From NCBI RefSeq assembly GCF_009914755.1, contig NC_060929.1: 64,000 bases of DNA; one strand, written 5' to 3'. Below the pieces are notes generated by a model, which saw only the letters and a list, made by a program, of their open reading frames with translations, was not told where the DNA came from and did not search any database. Of this stretch, positions 1-13,345 are shown in pieces (positions within the stretch are counted from its first letter, which is position 1; every line of letters starts with the position of its first letter). This DNA is from the human T2T-CHM13v2.0 reference genome, Homo sapiens. The position numbers and the translations under genes are program-made.

Positions 1-357
1 GAGTAACAGTTTTACAACTTTCCTCTGCCAGCACCTTTATAGATGTATCCAGAAAGGCTCTGATTGTCATGAATGCTTTTGCAAACATTCTGCAAAATAA
101 TAACGGCAGTTCTGACATAATTTTTTTTTTTAAATTTAATTGGGCATAGAATAGAAATGGAAGAAATGCTTTAAAAACATTACAAGGGATTTCAGAGCAA
201 GAATAATGCTCTGAAATAAGCATAATGGGATGAAGAATGATGACACTGTTTAGTGGAAAAAATTTTAAGTGCTTTTATCCTTTTAAAAAGCAATTCAAAA
301 ATTATCCTGACACTGATGCTTAGAAAGTGTCTGTAATTTTTCTCTGAGGCACTATAA

Positions 358-760
<403 letters not shown>

Positions 761-2804
761 TAAAATATTTTGGAATAATGCAGCATATATCTTGTTATTT
801 ATAAACGTTATTTATGTGCTATATTTTGTATATTAAATACTAGAAATTTAATTCTTGCTTTTTAGATAAAAATAAGTATAAATGGACATTAATTTTTTTC
901 TTTATGCCTCAACTATCTTGCATATTTCTTGGGGTATATAGCCTTTTCATCCCCACTTCATTTTAGAAATCATAAATGTAGGCCTTTCTCTAGCCTGTAG
1001 GTAAAGAACTACATAGTCTTTAAGAGACAAATGGGGGATATAAAAAGCTTAGATACATTCAGTCTCTCCTTAGAGTATAATGAGAGATAACTGTACACAG
1101 TAGTTGATTTTTATTAATAGATTATGTATCTCTGTTTTATTTCAGGGGTTAATTTTCAAGTTTTGGATGGTTCTCCCTCTTTGAGTTACCATTTGTTTCT
1201 GCTTATAACCTACTGATCATGCCTTTAGTACTAAGTAAATATTGAAAAGGGAAAGCCTTAGGTGGCTTGCGAAGGCTCTGATGTAAATATGTGTTGCTGA
1301 GACGGGGAAGTGAAGGTGTTGGATTATGCATGACTTTCACATATGTTCTTATACCACATTCATGCCCCCTCAGGTGAGTTAAGTAAAACTGGTTACTTAG
1401 TATCAAGGTATAATAAGGTCTCAGAACTTTGAGTCACTCTTTTCATTGACTGTCATAGATTCCATTTTAAGCTCTGTTTATTGAAGACTATCACTATGTT
1501 ATTCTCATTGTTAATCTTATTCCTGAGGCACCAGTAATCCAAGTGATTAGATTATCCTTAATGTTACAGCAAGGAAAAATTTTCAACAATGTTAATATTA
1601 AATGAACTTGCATTAAATATCATTGTCACATGAATTCTAGGTCTTGCTATCATGTTCTGCATTCAATTAAATAACAGAAGGCAAGTCAAAGAAGCCCATA
1701 TCAAACATGGACCAATTTTTACATTGAAGTATTAAAATCTATTTTCTTTAATACTTAGTATGATGTTAATTAGAGGCCAATATAATAAAATGTAAATTTA
1801 TTTTTATTTTCTCAAAAAATAAAGAAAACCCATCAAAGGAATGCTTCAACTACTTGATTCAAGTACAGACTAATATCTTCATATGCAGTGAAGTGCTGCC
1901 AAGTTCTCAGATTCTTTTAGGACCTTTGATTTTGTACCAGCAAAATCAGAATTAGGAAAGAAATGTTGAGAAGGCAAATTGCTTAGAATTTGAGTAATTC
2001 TAAGTTTAACATTTATATTAATTTGTTGAACTGAGAAGTTGAGTAATTCTCAGTTTAGTAATTAATGGCATAAATAAAGTATGGGGGGCATTGGTCTTTA
2101 ATCTTTAAAAGTTTTAAAATCTTTATAGTCCTCATATATTTTTATGTAGACATCTAAGTTTTCATTACGAGTTTAAACAGTTGCAAAAGATGTTTGACAT
2201 ATTGCAAATTCTGTTATTTAAAGATAAAATAACTAGATCATTATTTTAAATATGTTCACCATAATGGCAATAATATAGTAATTTCATATCTGCTACCAAA
2301 TATTTTAAAATATATGAAAGCTCTTTAAAAGTCAGGTATTTTAGTGTCTACTTTATCTTCTGAACTAATTTTATGCTTTTTACCCATCTTAATTTTCTCC
2401 AAATGTGATACATATTTTTGTGCTTGAAATAATTTTATCCCTTACATGCTTCTCTGCAACCTGTGTATACATATATGTATATAATATAAAAATTGAAATA
2501 AATATTTCCATATTCCCCTTACCAGCCCAGTTTATCCTCAGAGTACCTGATAAACGACTTGTTGCTGAATCAGTGGGGGATTTTTGCTCCGACATTTAAG
2601 TTGTCTAACACGCAACTTCATAAAATGTCAAATTTTCAGAGAAAATATGTTCTTTATTATTGTGAAATGCAAACATTCAGAATATCTGAGGCAGACAGAA
2701 TTCTGAAATGTCCCATGCATTTCCTGCCCCTCAGTGGCACGCCCCGCATCTGCCCCTCCCCTGAGTGTGGATGAAACCATGAAATTAATGTGCCTATAAA
2801 TCCC

Positions 2805-2863
2805 TGATTAGGTTAGGAATACCCTGAAACAATGGACATTAAGTACTGGGTATAATTCAATCA
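2805..2863 (+). promoter_or_regulatory. Two DUX4-type motifs upstream of first TAF11L copy
   Basis: TGATTAGGTTA at 2805-2815 (rc TAACCTAATCA) and TAATTCAATCA at 2853-2863 both match TAAYBBAATCA. The TATA box found at the equivalent position in paralogs is absent. Confidence 0.7.
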
Positions 2864-3646
2864 TCTGAGTTATCATAATGAGAGATAAGTGTATACAGTA
2901 GTTGATTTTTATTAAAATATTATGTATCTCTGTTTTATTTCAGGGGTTAATTTTCAAGTTTTGGGTGATTTCCCCTCTTTGAGTTGCCATTTGTTTCTGG
3001 TTACAACCCCTGAAATAACAGCGCTCTCCAGCCAGAGGGAGATTTGCCCCCCTTCCCCCATGCAGGAGATTCTCCTGTGGCGGCTCTGCAGATCCAGGGA
3101 GCCCCACGACCAGACCTGGGAGAAATTTTGGAAGCTGAGAGCATCCTCACAGCAGCAGGCAGAACAGACAAGTGGGCCTGGGTCTCACAACCCTAAGGCA
3201 TTGAATTCCACCATGGAATCAGATCACAGCCAGACCTTTCCCAGGTCAAGGCAACGTCCACGCAGCCAGGCCCACCCTAGAGGTCCATTGTTCGACCTTG
3301 AGCAGGAGGCAGTCACTTGGCCTAGTGGGACTTCTGACCTGTGAGCTGGGGTTTGATTTAAATATCCAAAATTGGTGAGAACTTATTATGCATTGATCTA
3401 AAACTAATATACTCTCCATCCACAAGTTTCTTCACATTGTGGAAGTGAGAAAAACCAGTGTGTGTGTTTGTGTGTGGGAGTGGGAGGCAGGGAGCTGTGT
3501 CCAGTTGTGGCTAAACTATGGCTCAGCAGAAACACAGCAGCCAAAATCTTTGAAAGGTTCTCATTGCAGATCCATAATCAAACCACCCCAGCCAGAACAA
3601 TTTCTGCCTCTACAGCGCTGTCATGGAGCAGACCTGAATCTCACCC

Positions 3647-4243
3647 ATGGAGACAGGCAGGCAAGCAGGTGTGTCTGCTGAGATGTTCGCCATGCCCCGA
3701 GGTCTGAAAGGCAGCAACAAGGATGGGATCCCTGAGGACCTAGATGGGAACTTGGAAGAACCCAGGGATCAGGAAGGTGAGCTCAGGAGTCAGGATGTCA
3801 TGGACCTCACAGAAGGTGACAAAGAAACCTCAGCCTCAGCTCCTCCTGCAGCCAAAAGGCTGAAAACAGATACCAAAGGAAAGAAGGAGAGGAAGCCCAC
3901 TGTGGATGCAGAGGAGGCTCAGAGGATGACAACCCTGCTGTCTGCCATGTCTGAGGAGCAGCTGGCCCGCTACGAAGTGTGTCGCCAGTCAGCTTTCCCA
4001 AAAGCACGCATTGCAGCTCTGATGCAGTCTATCACTGGCAGTTCGGTGTCTGAGAACGTGGCCATTGCCATGGCTGGAATAGCCAAGGTCTTGGTTGGAG
4101 AGGTGGTGGAAGAGGCCCTGGACGTGTGTGAGATGTGGGGAGAAATGCCCCCGCTGCAGCCCAAGCATTTAAGGGAGGCTGTTCGCAGGTTAAAGCCCAA
4201 GGGCCTCTTCCCCAACAGCAACTACAAAAAATTCATGTTCTAG
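3647..4243 (+). CDS. TAF11-like protein (TFIID subunit 11 / TAFII28 histone-fold family), 198 aa, intact intronless ORF, dispersed copy
   Basis: Acidic N-terminus, basic KRLK/KGKKERK segment and TAF11 histone-fold core ([31 protein letters not shown]...[42 protein letters not shown]). Paralog number cannot be assigned from sequence. Confidence 0.85.
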   Translation: METGRQAGVSAEMFAMPRGLKGSNKDGIPEDLDGNLEEPRDQEGELRSQDVMDLTEGDKETSASAPPAAKRLKTDTKGKKERKPTVDAEEAQRMTTLLSAMSEEQLARYEVCRQSAFPKARIAALMQSITGSSVSENVAIAMAGIAKVLVGEVVEEALDVCEMWGEMPPLQPKHLREAVRRLKPKGLFPNSNYKKFMF

Positions 4244-4764
4244 GCCCAAGGCCAGAGGGAAAGGTCTGTTTGTGCAGGAATAAGTATTGCATCCAGTCTG
4301 CTATGATAGGACTATGTTTGCTGGAGCTTCTGCATCTGTCTACCCTGGATTTAGCCACAATCTTTCTCATTGTTTCATAATGTGACATTGTTTCATAATC
4401 ACCTTGACTAAATATTTGGGTCGCCTAGAACATATTGAGTCATTTTTATGTGTCTTCCTAGTTGGAAGAAGAAAGATGCATGGGTCTTGATCATCCTGTA
4501 GACAGATAGCTGCTTTCAGAGAGGGAAATCCCTTCTAAGAGTCTTGTATGGTTTCATACTGAAGCCTGGAGTTGCTGTGTCTTAGCTTGTGTGCTGGGTT
4601 TCAATAAGTGAAGCCTCCGAAAACTTTTCCCTAGTGATATTCTGCCCTGAAATCTGTGCCTGAGCAGGGGCACTGGAATTGTTGTCCTTGTATGTATTTT
4701 AAATTCTGGTATGGATTTTGGTGACTCATCTTAAAAACAGTTAAACTGTTTTCCAACCTGCAGA

Positions 4765-4770
4765 AATAAA
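4765..4770 (+). terminator. Putative poly(A) signal of first TAF11L
   Basis: AATAAA about 520 bp after the stop, followed by a T-rich tract. Conserved at the equivalent position in the 15672 paralog (16777-16788). Confidence 0.5.
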
Positions 4771-4986
4771 GATAAAATCACAAAGCATTTTTTTCTCTCA
4801 TTTGACTGTTCTCATATTCCTACCTACTGTGCTTTATGTCAGCCAGTGATCCTTTACATTATTATAAAGTAACATAATACAGGAGCATCTTATAAGACTA
4901 GAGTGACAGAAACAGAATCCAAATACCACCTTTCTGCAAAGACCCATTCGTAATGATCATCTAAGCAGTTTAAAAGACACAGATAG

Positions 4987-5360
<374 letters not shown>

Positions 5361-7904
5361 TAGAGTATTCTTGATTTTATTCATTCTACCAGTGATCCAT
5401 TCAGAAAATCAAACCCGAGTACAGCAACAGAGGAAAAGAAGTTATTAAAATACCAGACAAAGTAGGTTCATCATGAGTTACAAAGTTATTCCACACTCCA
5501 CTTGTTCATACTCTATGTTACCTTCTCTGTGGAAAAGGGTACTTTTTCATCATAGACTAAAGACCTGAGATTTATTATGGAATCACTGTGAACCTTCCCA
5601 GCACAGCTCACAGATATCCACGGTGCTACTTCAGTCTGTTTACCTTTGCCATGTGCCCCCTGAATCACAGAGTATAAGCAAAAAGATCTAAAAGCCCCCA
5701 CAGTTCAGTCTCTCACATTGAGTGGAGAATAACATCTATTCTTTCTTCTTGAAGCCAAAGATACCTCCACAAAATGTTGTTTTATTTCCTCATACACTCA
5801 AGCTTTTGCTCTTAAAATAGAACTTATTGTACATAGAATCTATCTTTGGCTGAGCATTACATAAATTTCTACATTTTACCAAGCATGGGGAAATTCTGTT
5901 TCATACCTCCATATTCTGACATTGTTTAGCTTTCATTTTATTTTACCAACTTCCATGTAAAGGCATATAACAAGTTAGACCAGTGTGTCTTAGAGAGACA
6001 CAAGCAGGGCACAGGTTCTTGGAAGAACTGGTGGAGATGGGAGGGCTCTCTCAGGAATTAAAGTGCTTGAGCAACCAAAAGAAGTAAGATCCAAGAGACT
6101 CATTGTCTCCCAGTCGTTAGATTGCTCTCAGCTCATTCCTTTCCCATGGCGTTGAGGAGTCCTGGGAGCTGTGTTCTGGCAGACGTGGCAGGCCTAGCAG
6201 TCTCTTAACACTAGAGTAAAGAAAACCTGGCCCAAGTAGCCTGAAGTGGGGATGAGCCACTGCAGAGAGCAGTGACAGTGGTGATTGGACACACAAGCTT
6301 AGAACGTTTTTCCGGCCCCCCATAGAACTCAATGCTTTGAGTGGGGTCTGAGTAAAGCTGAACTGCTGAAAACAGAAACAAGTTCCCATCAAGATCTCAG
6401 AGGTCAGCTCAGGAGCAGCAACACAGCGCTGTTTCTCAAAGAGAAAAAATGGATTAGCTGGGAAGGTTCAGTGTCCCTACACATTCAAAATCTTCTCACT
6501 ATGTAATATCATATAGCCACAGCTCTCGAGAAAGGAATCTGTAGAAGGTGGTATCTTTCTAGGCAAAATCTTTGTTAGCTTTCATGGCTGGTTGTATTAC
6601 ATGTTAATGACAATAAAGTTTTTCCTGGAGCTTCATCACTATTCTTAAAGTCTATCTGATAATGTGCCTTTGGAGACTGCCTAGAAAGATGTGGTGTCTG
6701 GTAAGGTGGTGATGAAATTTCTAACAAGTAAAGTGACTGTACTTGACTATTTTCAAAAATTCAATATTTTGGGATAAGCTTAACATCCTCACTGCCTGCC
6801 TTTGCCCCCACAAAAGTACTTAGCATATGCCCAAATAAAGTTTAAGCAATCTATCTCCACTATTCTCAAGCACATGATATCTAGGGTCTAGTCTTTAAAA
6901 GTACAAAGCAAAAAGTTTAAAAGTATAACTCACAAAAAGTTGTACCCAGACTGAAAAAGCTGAAATGATAAATTGATGGGTTTGTGTTTTTTACGGAAGA
7001 GAGTACAACGCAGAGTGCTAACATACATATATAGCAGGGCTCTTAGAAAATGAATGCAGTCAAATCTTTTGTAATAGTTTCTTAAGTAACATGAATATTA
7101 GAGAGACGATTCATGAAATTTTAAGCTAGTGTCATGTCTAGGAATATCAAGACATAGCTAGCATTTTGTAAAAAATATTTTTTTAAACAAATCTATTAAT
7201 GAGATAGATAAGGTGTTTCTTTTTTCTAATTACTTAGTTTTTCTTAGTCACATATTCAAGGGAACATACTAATGTTTGGTAAAATGGTGTTGGTCAAATT
7301 CTACTTCTCACTTTCACCTACCGTGCCATATTCAACTATTGTAAGTACTGGAAATTCAAGTATTGTTCATTTTAATATACTTTCACCAAAGTAGTATTTT
7401 TTATGAGAAAGCCATAATCTCATCAGTAAGCCCTTTCTAACAGAAAATATGAACTAGTAACTGATTATCCAACAGAAAATCCGACAGAAAATATGAACAA
7501 GTAACTGATTATGAGAAGAAAAGAAAACCCAGAAATAATCCTAAGGCAGAGCAACTTCAGGCTTCAGTGTGAAACCATCGCAGTCTCTTGGGAGATGTTT
7601 CTCTCTCAAAGAAGCTGTCTGTTCAAAAGGTGCTCAGGGACCATGCACTTTTCTCCTTCTAACTAGGAAGATGTAGAAAAATGATTCAATTCACTCAAGG
7701 AAAGAGAAATATTTAGTCAAAGTGATTATGAAAAAGGCTGCTTCCATGATTTAGGTGAGACCATGTCAGAGTTTGAGGAAGATGTTAAAATTGAGGGTGA
7801 GTCCAGGGTAGACTGAGCTATGGAAGCTTCAGCACACAGTCTTCTGTCATGGGAAGATGGAGCCGGTACTTATTCCCTCAGGAACAGGATTACTTTTCTA
7901 GTCT

Positions 7905-8215
7905 TGGGCTGGAAATCACATAATTTTTTGGTACTTGATAAAAATGTGGCTCTTAAACTTGAATGTGCAGGCAGGCTTTCTCAGGGGCATCTCTTTTTCA
8001 AATCTCACACATGTCCAGAGCCTCTTCTACAACCTTTGTGTCCAAGGCCTTGACCATTCCAGCCATGACATTGACCACATTCCGGAATTTAGACCACCAG
8101 GGATGGACTGCATCAGACGCCCAATGGGTGCCTCTGACTCCCTTCAACACACAGATATACCACACTGGATTTTACCCACACTGCCTTTCATAGTGTGCAT
8201 TGACTTGTAAATAGA
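7905..8215 (-). pseudogene. Internally deleted TAF11-like remnant downstream of H3Y2
   Basis: rc encodes LMQSI...VMAGMVKALDTKVVEEALDMCEI* with indels. It is followed by sequence homologous to the TAF11L 3' UTR (GGAATAAGTACC...TTCATAATCACTTTGACTAAATATTT). Confidence 0.8.
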
Positions 8216-8396
8216 GAATCTATTTAAATTGTAGAAAATGAAGTTTAATGTATTTTCATAGGAAACTAGCGGAAACATCACAGGAGACAGGGAACATTGA
8301 AAACACAGAGTTGCATACATAAAACCTCCAAGTATACCTGGAATCTATTGTTTCATAAAATGCAATAAACATCTTTTAGCTCAGATTAATAAGAAA

Positions 8397-8402
8397 TTTA
8401 TT
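8397..8402 (-). terminator. Putative poly(A) signal of H3Y2
   Basis: AATAAA on the minus strand about 340 bp past the stop, conserved behind the 29.2-kb paralog (28916-28921). No histone stem-loop seen. Confidence 0.5.
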
Positions 8403-8738
8403 TTGTTTACAGAACCCGTATGCAGACATAGTAAAGAAAAAAAAATAAGATTTCTTTATAATTTTATAGAGTTGAACTGAAACTCGCTCACAGAGACATT
8501 TCCACTTGACACTAGTGCCTTGGGAGCCTCAAAGTAGATGAGACGTTTACTAACAAGCACACACAAACACAACCGCCACCTGATTTCTGCCTGCGTTTCC
8601 ACTGGCAATCTTATGCTTAGCTACCTTTGGACCCCCGGAGGGAAAAGAAACCAAAACAGAACAAAACTTCTCACATCAGAACTACCAGTTACGGGGGAAG
8701 AGAAAAAAGAAAACACAAGCAAACAGAAAAGAAGTCCT

Positions 8739-9182
8739 CTAGAGTGCAAGGTTTCCCAGGAGCGTGGGCTCTCCGGCACCCTCTCCACGGAGGCGGCGGG
8801 CCAGCTGCATGTCTCGGGGCATAATTGTGACGCGCCTGGCATGGATGGCACACAGGTTGGTGTCTTCAAAGAGTTGCACCAGGTAGGCCTCGCTGGCCTC
8901 CTGCAGGGCGCCAATGGCCGCGCTCTGGAAGCGCAGGTCCGGGCTGATGGCCTGGGCGATCTCGCGCACCAGACGCTGGAAGGGCAGCTTGCGCAGGAGC
9001 AGCTGCGTGGACTTCTGGTACTTTCTGATTTCCCGCAGCGCCAGGGTGCCAGGCTTGTAGCGGTGAGGCTTCTTGATCCCTCCTGTAGGCGACGCCCTTT
9101 TTCTGGCGGCTTTGGTGGCCAGGGGCTTCCTGGGGGCCTGCCAGGCGGTGGCTTTGCGGGCGGTCTGCTTGGTGCGCGCCAT
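8739..9182 (-). CDS. H3Y2: Histone variant H3.X (H3.Y2), 147 aa
   Basis: Starts [35 protein letters not shown] and ends [26 protein letters not shown] is the H3.Y-family tail and the C-terminal extension is diagnostic of H3.X. ATG at 9180-9182, 444 bp. Confidence 0.96.
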
Positions 9183-9510
9183 GTTGTGGGGCCTTGTGCT
9201 CTCTCCTCTCTGAGGCTGAGCCTGGCCTGCTGCAGGCAGTACTGGCGTCAGAAAACAAGGGCAGTGGTGCTGTGGACAGGATTCAGAGAGCCTGTGAGTT
9301 GAGATCCATGCGCAGGACTCTCCCACACACTTAACCCCTGCCAACCCAACCCCACACTTACCAGCTCTCAGGTCTGTGGGTCGGAGGCCGGGCTGCTTAG
9401 TCTTCCCGGAAGGTCTTGGGTTTCCTTGGTCTACCCAGCAGCAGCCAGGAGTCTCCCTCGCAGGCAGTCTGTTTCTGACTGGAGATCTCTGTGGTCTCAG
9501 TAAAGCCCTG

Positions 9511-9541
9511 CCTCTTATAAGGAGCTCAGATGATTGCATTA
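9511..9541 (-). promoter_or_regulatory. H3Y2 promoter: DUX4 motif + TATA
   Basis: Minus strand reads TAATGCAATCA-TCTGAGCTCC-TTATAAGAGG. H3.X/H3.Y are known DUX4 targets. Confidence 0.8.
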
Positions 9542-10079
9542 GACTCACCCAGCTCCCTTCCATTGTACTCACTGCTTCACTAGACTCTCAACCTCGTCAG
9601 CGCTGTGAAAACCCAATTTGAGTCCCTGGGTTCTGCACACACCCCAGAGAGGGAGGAACCTCTGCCGTGTGCATCGTGGGAGGGATGGTAGGTGTGAGTT
9701 AGAAAAAATTCTGGGTGCCAAGGAGATTCTGAAAGTTTACATTTCACGACCATCATGGAAGTCATTACAATGAAAAAGACATTTGAATAAAGTTGTATGT
9801 TACCCGACATCGGTGACTGCTGCAAAACACCAAGGGTGCGATCATGAGGTGTCTCTCAGGTTCCCTGAGGATGAGGTGAAACGGGGAGGGAAAGATGGAA
9901 AACCTAAATGATCACTCCTCTAACAGGGATGCTCCTGGGGGCATTTTTCTCCCCCAAAGTGACATTCATGGGAATCTGCGGTAGCCTTCAGGCAAAGTTG
10001 TGGCTTTTTGATCAAATGGTCCTATGTGCCTGTCACTGAGGCTCTCTGGCTCTTTTTTTTTTTTTTTAACCTTGGTACC

Positions 10080-10796
10080 AGTAACAGTATATTGTTAACT
10101 ATAGTCACCACGTTGTACAATAATTCTTGAGCTTGTTCCCCCATGTAACTGACGTGTTGTGTGTTTTGACCAACATCTCCTCAAATTCCCCATCCCCAGC
10201 CACCACAGCCCCAGACGACCATCTTTCTTATATTTTTGCGTCTATCAGATTAACTTTGTGAGATTCCAGGTATCATGGAGACCATGTAGTGTTTGTATTC
10301 TTATGCCTGGCTTATTTCACTTAGCATGATGTTCTCCAAGTGCACCCATGTGTACACAAAGGACAAGATTTCCTTCTTTAAGGCTGCATAGTATTCCCTT
10401 GTGTATGTATATCGGATTTTCCTCATCCTGTTATCTGCTTTTTGACATTTAGGTGGATTCCCTATCTTAGGTCTTGTAAATAGCACTGCAATGAACGGGG
10501 GAGTATAGATATCTCTTCAATAGACTGATTTCATTTCCTTTTCATATACACTTCCCAGTGTGGGATTGCTGGATCATATGGTAGCTGTATTTATGTAGTT
10601 TTTGGAGGAAGTTCCATACTGTTTTCTAGAATGGCTCCCTAATTTACATTCCCAGGAATAATACAAGGGTTCGCTTTCCTCCACATCCTCAACAAGTGTT
10701 GTCCTTTGATGTTTTGATTGCAGCCATTCTAAAGAGTGTGAGGTGATGCCTTCTTTTAGTTTTTATATGCATTTCTCTGAAGATTGGTGACATGGA

Positions 10797-10844
<48 letters not shown>

Positions 10845-11500
10845 GCCTGCTGGCCACTTGTATATCTTCTCTCCTGAGATGTCTATTATTTAGGTCCTTT
10901 GCCCAGTTTTAAAATTGTGTTGTTTCTTGCTGTTGAGTCCTTTGAGTTCATGGTATATTTTGAACAGTAACTAATTAATGCCTTATTGGATATAGTGTTT
11001 GCAAGTATTTTTTCTCACGATGATTTTGTCTCTTCATGGTGTTAATTATTTCTTTTACTGTGCAGAATTTTTTTTTCATTTGGATGCAATCCATTTGTCT
11101 ATTTTCCCTTTTGCTGCCCATGTGTTTGGGACATATTTCAAAAATTATTGGCTTAACCAATGTCAATGAGGATGTCCCCTGTTTTCTTCTAGTAGGCTCA
11201 TAGTTTAAAGTTTTGACTATATTTTGGTTGATTCTTGTGTATGGCAAGAGATTAGGGCCCAATTTCATTTTCCTGCCTGTAGATACCCAGTTTCCTATCA
11301 CCACTGGTGGAAGAGACTGTCCTTTTGTCATTGTGTGTTGTTGGCACGTTTGTAAAAATGTAATTGGCTGTACACATTTGGAGGGATTTCTGGGCTCTCT
11401 GCTCTGTTCCATTGGCTTTGATTTCTGTTTTGATGCCATTCTTATGCCATTTTTGTTCCTACAGCTTGATAGAATACTTTGAAGCAAGGAAGGCATGGAT
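10080..11500 (-). mobile_element. Old L1 (L1M) 3' fragment
   Basis: TGGCTTATTTCACTTAGCATGATG, GGGATTGCTGGATCATATGGTAG. The minus-strand ORFs resemble the L1 ORF2 C-terminus. Confidence 0.85.
10799..10841. repeat. (AT)n microsatellite
   Basis: About 21 perfect AT units. Confidence 0.95.
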
Positions 11501-12537
11501 TTTTTTATTTTCTCTATGGTTTGCCCTATGACAGCACCACTCAGACAGATGTCAAAGAGATATAGATTTTTTTGCTTTTTCAGCTTTTTACTGATTGTTA
11601 AGACAGAGTAATGACATGGAATCTTTTTTTATGGGCCATCCTGAAAACTGGAACTCCATTTTATTGTTGCTATACATTTGTTACAGTTTATCTTATATTC
11701 AAGATATATGATCAATTACTTGTTCATATAATGACAAATAGGGTTCAGTTATACAAAATATTTAATGTTCAAATCCTACAGAGAGAGCAAATTTTGTTTT
11801 TAATTTCTGTATTTCTTAATCATTTGAAAAATAAAGTAAAAATGGAATATTATCTAAAATAAAATATATTATTATTATATGCATTTCCATTTTAGAGAAG
11901 GACAAAACAGAGATCAATATGTTATTTCAGTCATAAACAAAGGTTACCTTGGGACCAGTTCTTTGGAGGTGAAGGTGTGGAAATGAATGCAGAAGTTAGA
12001 CAGGGTTTCTTTGGTCTGCGTTTCTCTGTCTAGATTTCCATATGGCTCCTAGAGTGTGTTACCATTCTAACATCCTCAAAGATTGCTCTCTGACATGAAG
12101 CAATTTGGGCCAGAACGTGAAAAAAATCATTGTAGAGGAAAATCTGGTATTTAATTTAATTTTTATTTTTGCAAGTTCAAAACTGTTGATTCCCCGGGCA
12201 AAGTTATGAAAAGTATAAATGTTTATAAGGGGAACTATTCCAATGCTTTTAGAAAGCCAGGGCCTTCAGGAAAAAGTATTATAAGGGACGACTCTGTTGT
12301 ATCTCCTACAAATCATATAGGAGCAAAAACATCCTAAGTCATAGCAACTTCAGAATTCAGTGTGATTTCATCACAGTCTCTGAAAAGAGTTTCTTTTCTC
12401 TTTGTAAAAACAGCTCCCCATTCACAGGATTCTCGAGGCTAATGCACCATTCTTCTCTCAACCAGGAAGCACCAGAACAATGCCTGAGCATGCGTGGACC
12501 TCAGAGCTCCAAATATGATGGTGATGATTGTTACTAA

Positions 12538-12808
12538 TTTTGAGACAGGGTCTCACTCTGTTGGCCAGGTGTGAGGGCAGTGGCGCCATCTCTGCTTACT
12601 GCAACTTCCACCTCTGAAGCGCAAGCAATTCTCCTACCACACACTCCAGAATGAGTAGGTGAAACAGCAGGAACTAGTGACCACGCCCAGCTAATTTTTT
12701 TTTTTTTTTTTTTTTAAAGAGAGGCAGTCTGGAACTCTAGTTCAAGTGATTTGCCAGGTCGGCCACCCAAAATGCTGGGATAACAGGAATAAGCCACTGT
12801 GCACGGTC
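12538..12808 (-). mobile_element. Alu (old, diverged)
   Basis: TTTGAGACAGGGTCTCACTCTG...CCCAAAATGCTGGGATAACAGG, with an expanded T-run in the linker. Confidence 0.8.
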
Positions 12809-13019
12809 TGAGATACAAATATGATTGAAAGGGATGATCAAACAGGCTGCTGCCTTCATCTGGGTGTAACCAATGTAAGATGTAAGAAAGATGTTAAATC
12901 ACGGGTAAGTCCAGGATGGGCTGAGATACTGAAGCTCCAGCATAGAAAGTGTGCTCTCATAGAAAGACTAGAAGCAGTACTTTCTCCTCTAAAATCAGGC
13001 CTTTCTATCTGGGCTGGGA

Positions 13020-13345
13020 TCTGGAGGAAGATGGGGTTTTTTTTTTTTTTCTCGATGTTGGGGTAATGGGCCCTGGGCTGTCCCCTGTGAAAGGCTTGGG
13101 CTGCAGCAGGTGCGTGTCTCCCCACATCTCACACATCTCCAGTGCCTCTCCTACCAGCTCCCAGACCAAGACCTGGGTCATTCCAGCCATGGCTACGGCC
13201 ATGACCACGTTCTAGGACACTGAACTGCTGGTGATGGACTGCATCGGACTTCTAAAGGCTGCCTCTCTCCCTTTTCCACCCACAAACAGACCTACACTGG
13301 TTTTTCTGCCTCCCGTAATGTGAAGCGACTGTGGATAAAGAGTAT
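13020..13345 (-). pseudogene. Internally deleted TAF11-like remnant
   Basis: ORF 13005-13208 reads [35 protein letters not shown], matching the TAF11 C-terminal helices. The N-terminal half is missing. Confidence 0.85.

Noticed and set aside
8400-8738. Replication-dependent histone 3' stem-loop
   Set aside because: No GGCYCTTTTCAGRGCC-like hairpin seen. An AATAAA is present instead.
8538-9302. 254-aa plus-strand ORF and other overlapping ORFs
   Set aside because: Antisense or alternate-frame shadows of the GC-rich histone CDS.
9183-9572. 130-aa N-terminal extension of H3.X in the ORF track
   Set aside because: It starts at GTG upstream of the DUX4 motif and TATA box, and spans the promoter and a probable splice donor. 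The H3 start MARTKQ is at 9182.
10975-11496. 173-aa minus-strand ORF
   Set aside because: Lies within degraded L1 ORF2 sequence.
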